Source: Candidatus Scatovivens sp. (GTDB lineage Bacteria; Bacillota; Clostridia; TANB77; CAG-508). From it: a stretch of DNA of 64,000 bases. Positions within the stretch are counted from its first letter, which is position 1. Every line of letters begins with the position of its first letter. Below, one piece after another: positions 9,743-18,647 of this stretch. Below the pieces are notes generated by a model, which had not been told where the DNA came from, did no database searches, and saw nothing but the letters and a program-made list of their open reading frames with translations. The DNA is taken from the NCBI GenBank assembly GCA_045646345.1, contig JAZRKN010000015.1:230346-294345 (forward strand), given 5' to 3'. A program made the translations under genes and the position numbers.

Positions 9743-10507
9743 TTATTTTATTTTCTTTGCTACTACAACTAATCTTCCATCCTCTTGAGAATATTCACAA
9801 GTTGACAATGTAAGAAGCTTTTCTCCATATTCTGCTGTAAGATCAATTTTATATAAAGATTTTTCTTTAACTTTATTTATATAATCTTCATATTCTGCTA
9901 CTTCTGTCATATCATGATATTCATAATATTTAAACTCTTCATCAGTTGCTAAGATTTTAAATACAGATATTACTTCATAATTTCTTTTAAAAGTAACACC
10001 ATCTTTTAAAACAAATAATTCTATTATTTTGTTTTCTTCATAAAATTCTTTATTTTTATATTTTTCTAAATCTGCAAACATCATTCCATTTTTCATATGA
10101 TGTCCGTAAATAATTGTATTATCGTCTAAATTAATATCACAATATTCAGCTGCAAAAGGAAGACCATATTTAGAATATTTCTTTTCAAAATCCCTATGTA
10201 AGTAATAATCATTTTCTTTTTGCATTACTGGATAATTAATACTAGTTCCTTCAATCTTTATCCAACCAACAGTATCACTATTTTTCTCAAATAACTTTTG
10301 TAAATCTGGCATTACTTCTTCATAATTCGTATCACTACTTTTTTCAGTTTCAACATTTGAAATTTGAGCAAGCTCTTCAAATCCAGATTTTCTATTTTTC
10401 TCTTCTTTTAAGTCTCTTATTAATAAAATTGAACAAACTAATATTACAATGCTTAATATAAAAATTAATTGTTTTGTAATTTTATCTTTCAATTTCTTTG
10501 GTTTCAA
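9743..10507 (-). CDS. srtB: Class B sortase
   Basis: NSDTVGWIKIEGTSINYPVMQ, YYLHRDF, NTIIYGHHM, LTLSTCEY...GRLVV. Confidence 0.95.
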   Translation of the reverse strand: MKPKKLKDKITKQLIFILSIVILVCSILLIRDLKEEKNRKSGFEELAQISNVETEKSSDTNYEEVMPDLQKLFEKNSDTVGWIKIEGTSINYPVMQKENDYYLHRDFEKKYSKYGLPFAAEYCDINLDDNTIIYGHHMKNGMMFADLEKYKNKEFYEENKIIELFVLKDGVTFKRNYEVISVFKILATDEEFKYYEYHDMTEVAEYEDYINKVKEKSLYKIDLTAEYGEKLLTLSTCEYSQEDGRLVVVAKKIK

Positions 10508-10600
10508 GTATATATTTCTCCCGATATTTACTGAATATTTTTCAATCTATATTATATTCTTAAGTTCTATTTATTACCAATATATTTAAGTTAAATTTAT

Positions 10601-10617
10601 GATACAAATATATTACA
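10601..10617 (-). promoter_or_regulatory. WalR/OmpR-type direct repeat upstream of srtB
   Basis: TGTAAT-N5-TGTATC (one mismatch to TGTWAH-N5-TGTWAH). Confidence 0.35.
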
Positions 10618-10695
10618 AAAATAATCTAAAAACATTGATACAAAAGAAAAAGAAGTAGATATTACTTTTCTACTTCTCTACGATTTTACTTTATT

Positions 10696-11715
10696 TTATT
10701 CTTCAACTTCTATCAAACCTTCACTTGTAAATCTTACTGTTTGGTCTCCTTCAAACGCAACATAGTTTGTAACACCTTTGTCTTTCATCCATTCATTTCT
10801 AACAATTAAAGTTTGCCATGAACCAGAGTTTTCTCCTCCACCATTATCATTATTCCAAAGCCATTTTGGAGAATTGTAAAAACAAACGTCAGGATCAATT
10901 GCATCATAAACTTCTTTTGTTACTCCATTTTGTCCATGATGAGCCATCTGAACAGCATCAGCTTTTAATTTATCTTTGTGTTCATTTAAAAGTTCTTCAC
11001 TAGCTTTTTTCATTGCATCACCTAAAAATATCATAGACTTATTTACATCTTCTGCAGTTACTTTAAATACCATACTAGCTTCGTTACCATTATCTGAATT
11101 TGTTATTTCAGGATTTGCTACTCTTATAATATCACATCTTATATTATCTATTTTTATAACTTGTCCCTCTTGGCAATTTACTATATTTTTTATTTTATTA
11201 CTTGAAAGGCTTTCTAAAAATGCATGTTCTGATTCATATCCTCTTTTATCATGCTCTTTATACCATTCATCTGATAAAAGTGAAACATATATATTTTCAA
11301 TTTGTAAATTATTCTCTTGTTTAATTAAATCACATATAGCACCAACATGATCACTATGAGCATGTGTTATAAACCAATGATCTACTTTACCATTACCATA
11401 TTTATCTATAAAAAATTTTACTAAATCTGTATCGAAGTTTCTTCCACCATCAATAAGAATTACTTCATTATTTTTAGTTTTTATTAAATATCCCATGGAA
11501 TTAACGTTACCTTTATTCTCTTGGTTACTTCCACCAAACATTATAACTGTCATTCCTTCTATAGATTTCTCATAATCTAATAATTCTTCATTAATACAAG
11601 CTATATGCTCTTCCCCTACTTTTTTTATAAAGCAAAATCTAATAGCTATTCCTAATATAAGAATTAAAACACAAATTAAAAATATTACTCCGAATTTTTT
11701 CATTTTTTTCTCCAT
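10696..11715 (-). CDS. ComEC/Rec2-like metallo-beta-lactamase fold hydrolase, membrane-anchored
   Basis: ILIDGG, THAHSDHVG (HxHxDH), FLGD, QMAHHG; N-terminal TM. Confidence 0.88.
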   Translation of the reverse strand: MEKKMKKFGVIFLICVLILILGIAIRFCFIKKVGEEHIACINEELLDYEKSIEGMTVIMFGGSNQENKGNVNSMGYLIKTKNNEVILIDGGRNFDTDLVKFFIDKYGNGKVDHWFITHAHSDHVGAICDLIKQENNLQIENIYVSLLSDEWYKEHDKRGYESEHAFLESLSSNKIKNIVNCQEGQVIKIDNIRCDIIRVANPEITNSDNGNEASMVFKVTAEDVNKSMIFLGDAMKKASEELLNEHKDKLKADAVQMAHHGQNGVTKEVYDAIDPDVCFYNSPKWLWNNDNGGGENSGSWQTLIVRNEWMKDKGVTNYVAFEGDQTVRFTSEGLIEVEE

Positions 11716-11762
11716 TTAATAATTGATAAATTACTGCATTTAATTTCTTTATGTATTATATT

Positions 11763-12335
11763 TTATAAAACTAAAATTCCTAAATGTTCTAATAAGATCT
11801 TAAGACCAATTAATATTAAAACTATTCCACCAGCAAGCTCTGCTTTTTTCTCGTATTTATCTCCAAATACATTTCCTAATTTTACACCTATACAAGATAG
11901 CGCAAATGTTATTAATGTTATTAATAATACTGATAAAACTATATTTACTTCTAAGAATGCAAATGTTACACCTACTGCTAAAGCATCTATGCTAGTTGCA
12001 ACAGCTAGAATAAACATTGTTTTAAAATCTACTTTATCATCTAATTCATCATCTTCTTCTCTTTTTGATAAAGCTTCTTTTATCATATTTCCACCAATAA
12101 ATGCTAATAATCCAAAAGCAATCCAGTGATCTATGAATTTAATACTTTGTTCAAATCCCACTCCTAGTAAATATCCAATTATAGGCATACCACCTTGGAA
12201 TAGACCAAAGTATAAACCTATAATTAAAGCTTTTTTCCAGTCCATCTTTTTCATAGATAAACCTTTACAAATTGATACTGCAAAAGCATCCATTGCTAAA
12301 CTTATTGCTATTAAAATAATTTCTATTAATCCCAT
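11763..12335 (-). CDS. mntP: Manganese efflux pump MntP family
   Basis: [14 protein letters not shown] and [10 protein letters not shown] motifs. Confidence 0.95.
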   Translation of the reverse strand: MGLIEIILIAISLAMDAFAVSICKGLSMKKMDWKKALIIGLYFGLFQGGMPIIGYLLGVGFEQSIKFIDHWIAFGLLAFIGGNMIKEALSKREEDDELDDKVDFKTMFILAVATSIDALAVGVTFAFLEVNIVLSVLLITLITFALSCIGVKLGNVFGDKYEKKAELAGGIVLILIGLKILLEHLGILVL

Positions 12336-12375
12336 CTTACTCTCCTATTGTATCTTTTTTTATTCTCTCATTTTA

Positions 12376-13251
12376 TTATTTATCGAATTTGCCTCTAAAT
12401 CCACACCTTTTACATAAATTGTGCAATATTTTATTCTCTTCAAAGGCTTTTACAAATTCTTTTGAATATTCAGAATTTATAATACTTTCAAAACTATTTT
12501 CAAATATATTTCCTAAGTTTATTATTCCTTCTCCATCTAAACAACATGGTACAACATCGCCATTTACAAGGATTGCCACCTGATTTCTTAATCCCCAGCA
12601 AGTTCCTTCTTCTGATATAATATCATTATCTAAACAAGGCCAAACAAATTCTAAGTCTTGATTTAAGAATGCATTTCGAGCAAGTTTTACAAATGAATTT
12701 TCTCTTGCTTTTTCTGTTAAATTTTCCACAGAATATGCACATTCTAATCTTTTTAATATATGTAAATTTTCACTATTTTCGGAAATATTTTCTAAATTCC
12801 AAAGTCTGTATGAAATTATAATATTTGTTTTTTCTAAAATTTCTTTTGAAGTACTTAGTACATTATTAATATATGTTTCAAAATTATAAGTATCTGTATT
12901 TTCATTTTTTGTTATACTGTGAAGTGATAAATTTAATTGTCTAACTGCTTTGCTTGAAATTAAAATATCTTTATTCTTCTCAAGTAAAGTCGCATTAGTA
13001 GTAATGTTTACTAATATATTTTCTTTTTCACAAATATCTAATATCTCTTTTAGCTTTGGATGTAAAAGTGGCTCACCTTTTACATGAAGAGCAATTAAAT
13101 TTGTATACGGTTTTATCTGATTAATTATTATCTCAAAATTTTCGACCGAAATAAATTCTTTTATTCTTTTCCCTTCTGGACAAAAAGAACATTTTAAATT
13201 ACAAGAATTTGTTATTTCTATATATATTTTCTTAAATCTTTTTTTCTCCAT
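12376..13251 (-). CDS. Radical SAM protein with SPASM/twitch domain
   Basis: YIEITNSCNLKCSFC, GEPLLHP, C-terminal GDVVPCCLD...LCKRC. Confidence 0.92.
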   Translation of the reverse strand: MEKKRFKKIYIEITNSCNLKCSFCPEGKRIKEFISVENFEIIINQIKPYTNLIALHVKGEPLLHPKLKEILDICEKENILVNITTNATLLEKNKDILISSKAVRQLNLSLHSITKNENTDTYNFETYINNVLSTSKEILEKTNIIISYRLWNLENISENSENLHILKRLECAYSVENLTEKARENSFVKLARNAFLNQDLEFVWPCLDNDIISEEGTCWGLRNQVAILVNGDVVPCCLDGEGIINLGNIFENSFESIINSEYSKEFVKAFEENKILHNLCKRCGFRGKFDK

Positions 13252-13404
13252 AAAATATTCTTTCCTTAAACCAATTATCCTAAGTTCATTATTATAACTT
13301 TATTTACTTTTGTAATTATATCATTTTATATATGTAATTTAAAGATTTTTAAAACAAAATAATTTTAGAATTAAAACATTATTTTATATGTAAACATCAC
13401 GAAT

Positions 13405-13433
13405 TTGACCTTTTTTATGTAAAGTGCTATAAT
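13405..13433 (+). promoter_or_regulatory. sigma-A promoter for 13564..13998
   Basis: TTGACC-17 bp-(TG.)TATAAT. Confidence 0.7.
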
Positions 13434-13563
13434 TATATTACATAGGAATGCCCTATTTTATATATAATAACCCTTTTAATCGCTCCAACTGGAGTGTTAA
13501 CTTATACACCGGAACAATCAATCATTATCATACAACAGAACATCATAAAAAAGAGGTAATTAC

Positions 13564-13998
13564 ATGGAAAATAAGAATATGAACAATAACACACTCAAGA
13601 CCAAAAAAGACTCCAAGATTAAGCTCGTTTGGAATCGTTTCAAGAACATCGTTTGCCGCGCCAAGACTGCTATCAGCAAGGTAACTACTCCTGTCGGCAA
13701 ATTCATCAGAAAGTACCTTTTCCCGATCGCACGAATGATCACCAGTGGCATCATCATTGCCATTGCGCTGAACGTCATCACCGCGAATTTCTGGCCTGAG
13801 CTGCCTGATACCATCCCTACCATTTATGAATTCTTCAACGGATTCCTGGTATTGGGAGAATATCTCTTCAAGGTGGCAATTGGCGGTCTCGCCTCCATCT
13901 TTAATGGAAGCTTCTTCGAGTTCTCCGCAATGAACTCCGAGGAAATCAGTGCTATGTGGAATGCTTTCTGGAACTGGGCTAACGGAATCAAATTCTAA
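13564..13998 (+). CDS. Hypothetical membrane protein (GC-elevated)
   Basis: GAGG RBS, hydrophobic segments, own promoter and terminator. Confidence 0.7.
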   Translation: MENKNMNNNTLKTKKDSKIKLVWNRFKNIVCRAKTAISKVTTPVGKFIRKYLFPIARMITSGIIIAIALNVITANFWPELPDTIPTIYEFFNGFLVLGEYLFKVAIGGLASIFNGSFFEFSAMNSEEISAMWNAFWNWANGIKF

Positions 13999-14010
13999 TC
14001 AAAATCCATG

Positions 14011-14045
14011 GCACTCGCTGACTCTAAGTCAGCGAGTGTTTTTTC
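14011..14045 (+). terminator. Intrinsic terminator
   Basis: GCACTCGCTGACT-loop-AGTCAGCGAGTGT + T tract. Confidence 0.88.
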
Positions 14046-14179
14046 TATTTTATTCACAAACAATTCACTTTACATAATATTTCTTTTGTGTTATAATTAG
14101 TTAGATTCACACTTTGAAAAAAAGGTGATATCGCATCAACAAATAGCTGTAGTTTAACGAACTGAAAGGAGTGTTGTTT

Positions 14180-15214
14180 ATGAAAAAACACACCAAGAAA
14201 AACACCAAGACTAAGGCTTCTTCTCAGAAGACAGCCAAGCACCCATCCGTTATAACTATTTGTTGCCTGGTGACCCTTGTACTCATCGCCTGCGCAGGTA
14301 CCTTCTTCGGGTATCAATATTACATTAATTCTGGAAGTACAACAAACATCGATGAATCTATCGATTTTGAGCAGAACTTTATCGATCTCTACTCTACTCC
14401 GTTTGTTCCGGAAGGAACTTATCGGATTGAGTCTATCGTTCTCAACGGATTTGATCCAGTAGAAGGAATGGAAACCTATGACGTTTTCACAAACTTCAGT
14501 TCCTCTCCTTTTCCTTTTGGAATCGACCTTTCGTTCCAGGAGGTAATTGAAAACTGTCCGAGTCCTTCGGAAGAAAATACCAAATTCGTACAGTTTTCTA
14601 AAAAAGAGCAGAAAATGATCGAATCTGCAAGAAAGCTTGTGGTTCAGTACGTCAAAAACTCTGATATTTTTAAAGACAAGGATGAACTGATTGAATCCGT
14701 TCAAACCGTTCCTTTTTATCTTTACAAAGAATCAGATCTTGAGAGCCTTAATGTTGAATGGGTTCCAGCCCAGACTCAGGGAACTGGAATTTACTGCAAC
14801 AAGCAGTATGATTTCTCTTTCTCTGAAGCAATGTTTGTACATGAACTTATCCATCATATTCGATATCAGACTAATCACACTACATCTCCTACATATTCTG
14901 GAACGATGTACGATGAAACTCTTGTCGAAATGATTACTGACTCCATCAATCCTAAGGATCATACTAATACTCAGGTAGAATACGATCTGTTTGCCTACCC
15001 GATGACTCAGTATCTTTCTCTGTTTGGAGCAGAAGAAGTTCTTACAGCATTCTTCTATGGCTATGATGAGTTCTTTGCAAGTCACAGCGAACACCTTTCT
15101 AAAGTCGAGCACAATGCCTTCACCGATATTGTTGGTGCATTTGGGTATCACCCTAATGGAGCAAATATCCTTCAGGGATTCTGTAATACCTGGCATGATC
15201 GGCTTACTGCATAA
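14180..15214 (+). CDS. Membrane-anchored putative zinc metallopeptidase (gluzincin-like)
   Basis: N-terminal basic region + TM; FVHELIHH (HExxH) with downstream DETLVE; AAAGGAG RBS. Confidence 0.7.
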   Translation: MKKHTKKNTKTKASSQKTAKHPSVITICCLVTLVLIACAGTFFGYQYYINSGSTTNIDESIDFEQNFIDLYSTPFVPEGTYRIESIVLNGFDPVEGMETYDVFTNFSSSPFPFGIDLSFQEVIENCPSPSEENTKFVQFSKKEQKMIESARKLVVQYVKNSDIFKDKDELIESVQTVPFYLYKESDLESLNVEWVPAQTQGTGIYCNKQYDFSFSEAMFVHELIHHIRYQTNHTTSPTYSGTMYDETLVEMITDSINPKDHTNTQVEYDLFAYPMTQYLSLFGAEEVLTAFFYGYDEFFASHSEHLSKVEHNAFTDIVGAFGYHPNGANILQGFCNTWHDRLTA

Positions 15215-15258
15215 CTTTAAGTATGCAAAAACAATAGTCGCTTGAAATAGTAGCGATA

Positions 15259-15292
15259 TACCCCGCAAAATTTAATTGCGGGGTGTTTTTTT
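15259..15292 (+). terminator. Intrinsic terminator
   Basis: ACCCCGCAA-loop-TTGCGGGGT + T tract. Confidence 0.85.
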
Positions 15293-15366
15293 ATACAAAA
15301 AAAGAACTCCTTTTTTAGGAGCTCTTTTCCTTGCTACGAACATCATCTATTTATATTAAGCTATTT

Positions 15367-15486
15367 TTAGTTATCGAAATATGAATCACTGTGATAAATT
15401 GCATTAGCATTATTTATATAATTTGCTTCTGCTGTTTGATAAATATTATTCATTATATTTTCATTAATTTTATTATTTTCTTCCAT
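15367..15486 (-). CDS. Putative 39-aa Asn-rich small protein
   Basis: MEENNKINENIMNNIYQTAEANYINNANAIYHSDSYFDN; GTGGTGGCGG upstream, TG.TATAAT at 15542-15550, hairpin terminator at ~15298-15327. Confidence 0.5.
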   Translation of the reverse strand: MEENNKINENIMNNIYQTAEANYINNANAIYHSDSYFDN

Positions 15487-15654
15487 ACCCGCCACCACTT
15501 GTTAAACCTTTCTTCAATTAATTTAATTTTAACTTGAATGAATTATATCACTATGAAAAAAAGTTTTGGTGTTTTCTTTGTGAACATTATCTCAACTTTT
15601 TGTGCTCATATTGAACACATTTATGACTAAAAAGTGAACTAAACATAAAATTTT

Positions 15655-15775
15655 AATCTTTAGACAACAAATTAGACCCGTGCATCGCCCCCGGGTCTAT
15701 ATTTGTCTTATATAATATGCGCTCTTATATATTTTCAAAATACAATCCAAAAATCAAACTTGTATTTTGAACTTG
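15655..15775 (-). ncRNA. Putative ~120-nt structured small RNA
   Basis: Starts just after TG.TATAAT (15781-15789); perfect 12-bp stem 15734-15745/15760-15771; GC-rich stem 15673-15680/15692-15699; no ORF. Confidence 0.45.
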
Positions 15776-15883
15776 AATAAATTATAACATTAAGAACCTT
15801 TTTTTGAGTGTTTTTTATATGAAATCTTCTTTAATTTCTTGTAACTAACAAATGTATATTTTGTGAAAATTGTGCCTATCTTG

Positions 15884-16246
15884 TTAATTTCGAAGCAATT
15901 CCAAAAGCTCTGGATAGCTTCTAGTTACAAAGTCTTGAGGTATTTCTTTCCCCTCTTCTTTTAAAGCTTTATATACTGCAATCAAATATAATCTATCTCT
16001 TAAGTTAATTAAAACTTGAAGTGCTGGATCATCATAATTATTATCAAAACCAAATTTAAGAGAATTTTCAAACTTAAGTAAGAAATTAGTTTCCACTGAA
16101 TATTTATCTTCTATTCTTATAACTTCATCTTTGTCATATATATTCCTAACTATCATTTCTCTAACACAATCTATATCTTTTAAAATTCTAATATCTACTT
16201 TATGATTTTCAAGCTCATCATGTAATTCTTCTATTCTATTTTGCAT
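15884..16246 (-). CDS. Hypothetical protein
   Basis: ORF track, GGAGG RBS. Confidence 0.7.
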   Translation of the reverse strand: MQNRIEELHDELENHKVDIRILKDIDCVREMIVRNIYDKDEVIRIEDKYSVETNFLLKFENSLKFGFDNNYDDPALQVLINLRDRLYLIAVYKALKEEGKEIPQDFVTRSYPELLELLRN

Positions 16247-16301
16247 AACGCCTCCAAAAAAACTCTTTTTGTTAGTTTGCGCATATTAATATATTTTATG
16301 C

Positions 16302-16331
16302 AAAAAAAGAAGGCAGATGCCTTCTTTTTTT
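16302..16331. terminator. Bidirectional-type intrinsic terminator after the Panacea gene
   Basis: AAAAAAAGAAGGCA-GA-TGCCTTCTTTTTTT. Confidence 0.8.
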
Positions 16332-16343
16332 ATAAATTTTATA

Positions 16344-16808
16344 TTACAATATATAAGTATTATGGAAATAATTAAATATCGATTCATCTGTTATTTGTGA
16401 CGTACATCTTTTAGAGTCACAACTAATTGGATTGTATGCATTTTTCCAAGGATCTTCTGAATGTGTCATTTCTTCTAATTCTGAACCTGAATATCTTCCA
16501 AAAACAGCAACAACTTTATCTACAAAATTTTCATTTTCTTTTTGCTCTAATTTAATATTTTTTGAATGAGTCATTAGACTATTACTTTTTCCATACTGTT
16601 TCATATAAAAATATACCTTTCTTATTACTGGTCCATGCTCCCAAGCTTCAAACTTTTCATCAAATAGCTTATTCATATTTTCTGAATATTTCTCATTATA
16701 TTTTATTAGATATATTGAATAAGCATAGTATAGTATTTTTTGTACTTGCTTAGGAGTATAAGCGCCTTTTGATAATATGAATTTTGCTACATTTATAACA
16801 TTTTCCAT
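16344..16808 (-). CDS. Panacea/SocA (DUF4065, GepA-like) antitoxin
   Basis: VAKFIL...TPKQVQKILYYA, FEAWEHGPV, LEEMTHSEDPW. Confidence 0.92.
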   Translation of the reverse strand: MENVINVAKFILSKGAYTPKQVQKILYYAYSIYLIKYNEKYSENMNKLFDEKFEAWEHGPVIRKVYFYMKQYGKSNSLMTHSKNIKLEQKENENFVDKVVAVFGRYSGSELEEMTHSEDPWKNAYNPISCDSKRCTSQITDESIFNYFHNTYIL

Positions 16809-16823
16809 TTTTTATTCCTCCTT

Positions 16824-17669
16824 TTACATTATACCTAAATTTTTTATTACCACTTCTCCAAACGGAGTTATAATATACATTTCTTCACCTTCATCTGATT
16901 CAATTATATCATTGTTTTCCAAAAAAACAATAATATTTTTTGCTTTTCTCGTTTTGCTTATGTCAGACATATTTCTATATCCCTTCATTTCCGAAATAAT
17001 TTTTTTTACTTGTTCTTGGCTTATTTCCAGCTTTTCATAATATAACTTTCTAAGAATATATTTCGTTAAATTTTTCATATATACTATCACTTCTATACTT
17101 TTTAATTCATATCTATTCAATAAATCTTTTTCCGAATAATCTTTTAACAATTCAATTTCATTTCTTTCATCATTATTGTTCTCATCATCAGAACCAATAA
17201 TAGTTCCTATTGAAGGCTTTAAATCTTTTTTATCTGATTGAACTATTTTTTCATTGGTCTGGTCATCTTCATCAAAAGTTTCTATACCATCTTTCCCAAA
17301 TTTTTTTATTCTCCCTAACATTCTTATAATTGGAACGAGAAATATCCCTACTACTATTATTATTCCAATTGTAAAGTTATAGTTACTAAACACCTTTTCT
17401 GCAATAACATTATTATTTAAATTATATTTTTGGCTTAATACAAATGGATATTCTAACATATCTTTTCCCAATTCAATTACTTGAAAAGTTGAATATATTA
17501 CTAATATACAATTTATAATGATATTCCAAACTTTCTTGTCTTCTCTACTTATATAAATTTCTATTTTAGCAATTTCACAAAGTTTTTTCCAAAATTCTTT
17601 TACATTTTGCTTCATATTTATTGTTGCCTCTTTCTTATATTTATTATCTGTTACTCTGTTTATCACCAT
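16824..17669 (-). CDS. Hypothetical membrane protein with two TM helices and C-terminal winged-helix-like motif
   Basis: Two hydrophobic segments; C-terminal LENNDIIE...YIITPFG; alternative start at 17615. Confidence 0.65.
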   Translation of the reverse strand: MVINRVTDNKYKKEATINMKQNVKEFWKKLCEIAKIEIYISREDKKVWNIIINCILVIYSTFQVIELGKDMLEYPFVLSQKYNLNNNVIAEKVFSNYNFTIGIIIVVGIFLVPIIRMLGRIKKFGKDGIETFDEDDQTNEKIVQSDKKDLKPSIGTIIGSDDENNNDERNEIELLKDYSEKDLLNRYELKSIEVIVYMKNLTKYILRKLYYEKLEISQEQVKKIISEMKGYRNMSDISKTRKAKNIIVFLENNDIIESDEGEEMYIITPFGEVVIKNLGIM

Positions 17670-18606
17670 ATTGACTCATTATCTCGTCATATATAACTTG
17701 AACACTATTCACATAATCATATGAACAATTATAATCAAAAATAGTTTGACTTATAGCACTTTCATATAAGCAGTTGCCCTCTTGCTTTTTATTTTTTTTA
17801 TAGTATTTTTTTATTAATTTATATCCATTTTTTACACTTGTTTTATTGTTGATAATTACTTTTGATTTTACTTGCATTATTCCTAATGTTGCTTCTTTAC
17901 CCAACAAAACTTTAATGTTTTCTAACATTCTAATAATTGAAGGTCTATTAAAATCTTCATTTATCATTATTGCATAAACTAAATTGGATATTTCTTCATC
18001 TTTTTCATTTATTATCTCTCCATATTTATTTCTGAATTTTTCATATTTTTTAGCAATATATTTTTCTTTTATTATTTTTTCTTTTTCCATATCTATATAA
18101 GTATAATTATAAATATATTCTCTTATTACAACAAATATGAATATTATAAATGCAGTCCAAATCCCATCTCTTAAAGATTCCATTGAAATAAATATATCTT
18201 CTGTTTTAGTTAAAAACACCTCGTATAAACTCCAAGTCAGTAATATTCCAATTCCTGCTACAATAATTTCTGCTCTCCAATCTTGTAATTCACCTCTTCC
18301 CAATATTATAGTTAAATATACAATTCTTACAATATAATAAAACACACTGATTAAATATACGTCTTCTACAAATTGATTTAGATTACATTCATAAAATATT
18401 CCAGATAATATTGTTACATATATCACAGGAAACAATACTCTTATTAATATATTTAATCCTAAAGGTCTTTTCTCCATATCAGAAAATTCCATCGAAGAAT
18501 ATTTTATTTCAACACAATCTCTTCTCAATGTTGCTATTTTACTGCACATCAAAATTGTTACTACATATCCCAAAACAGATAAAACAAAAAATATTAAATA
18601 TTTCAT
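17644..18606 (-). CDS. Multi-pass membrane protein with C-terminal lysozyme-like (SLT-type) domain
   Basis: ~5 TM helices; LVYAIMINE...TLGIMQV...YN motifs. Confidence 0.65.
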   Translation of the reverse strand: MKYLIFFVLSVLGYVVTILMCSKIATLRRDCVEIKYSSMEFSDMEKRPLGLNILIRVLFPVIYVTILSGIFYECNLNQFVEDVYLISVFYYIVRIVYLTIILGRGELQDWRAEIIVAGIGILLTWSLYEVFLTKTEDIFISMESLRDGIWTAFIIFIFVVIREYIYNYTYIDMEKEKIIKEKYIAKKYEKFRNKYGEIINEKDEEISNLVYAIMINEDFNRPSIIRMLENIKVLLGKEATLGIMQVKSKVIINNKTSVKNGYKLIKKYYKKNKKQEGNCLYESAISQTIFDYNCSYDYVNSVQVIYDEIMSQYGDKQSNR

Positions 18607-18647
18607 TTTTTTAACCCCTTTACTTTAAATTTTCAAAACAATCTTAC

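Noticed and set aside
12336-12375. yybP-ykoY Mn riboswitch ahead of mntP
   Set aside because: Only ~40 bp of intergenic space, too short for the aptamer
15884-16246. Downstream gene as the cognate Panacea toxin
   Set aside because: A strong terminator (16302-16331) separates it from the antitoxin gene and no toxin motif was recognised; not fully excluded
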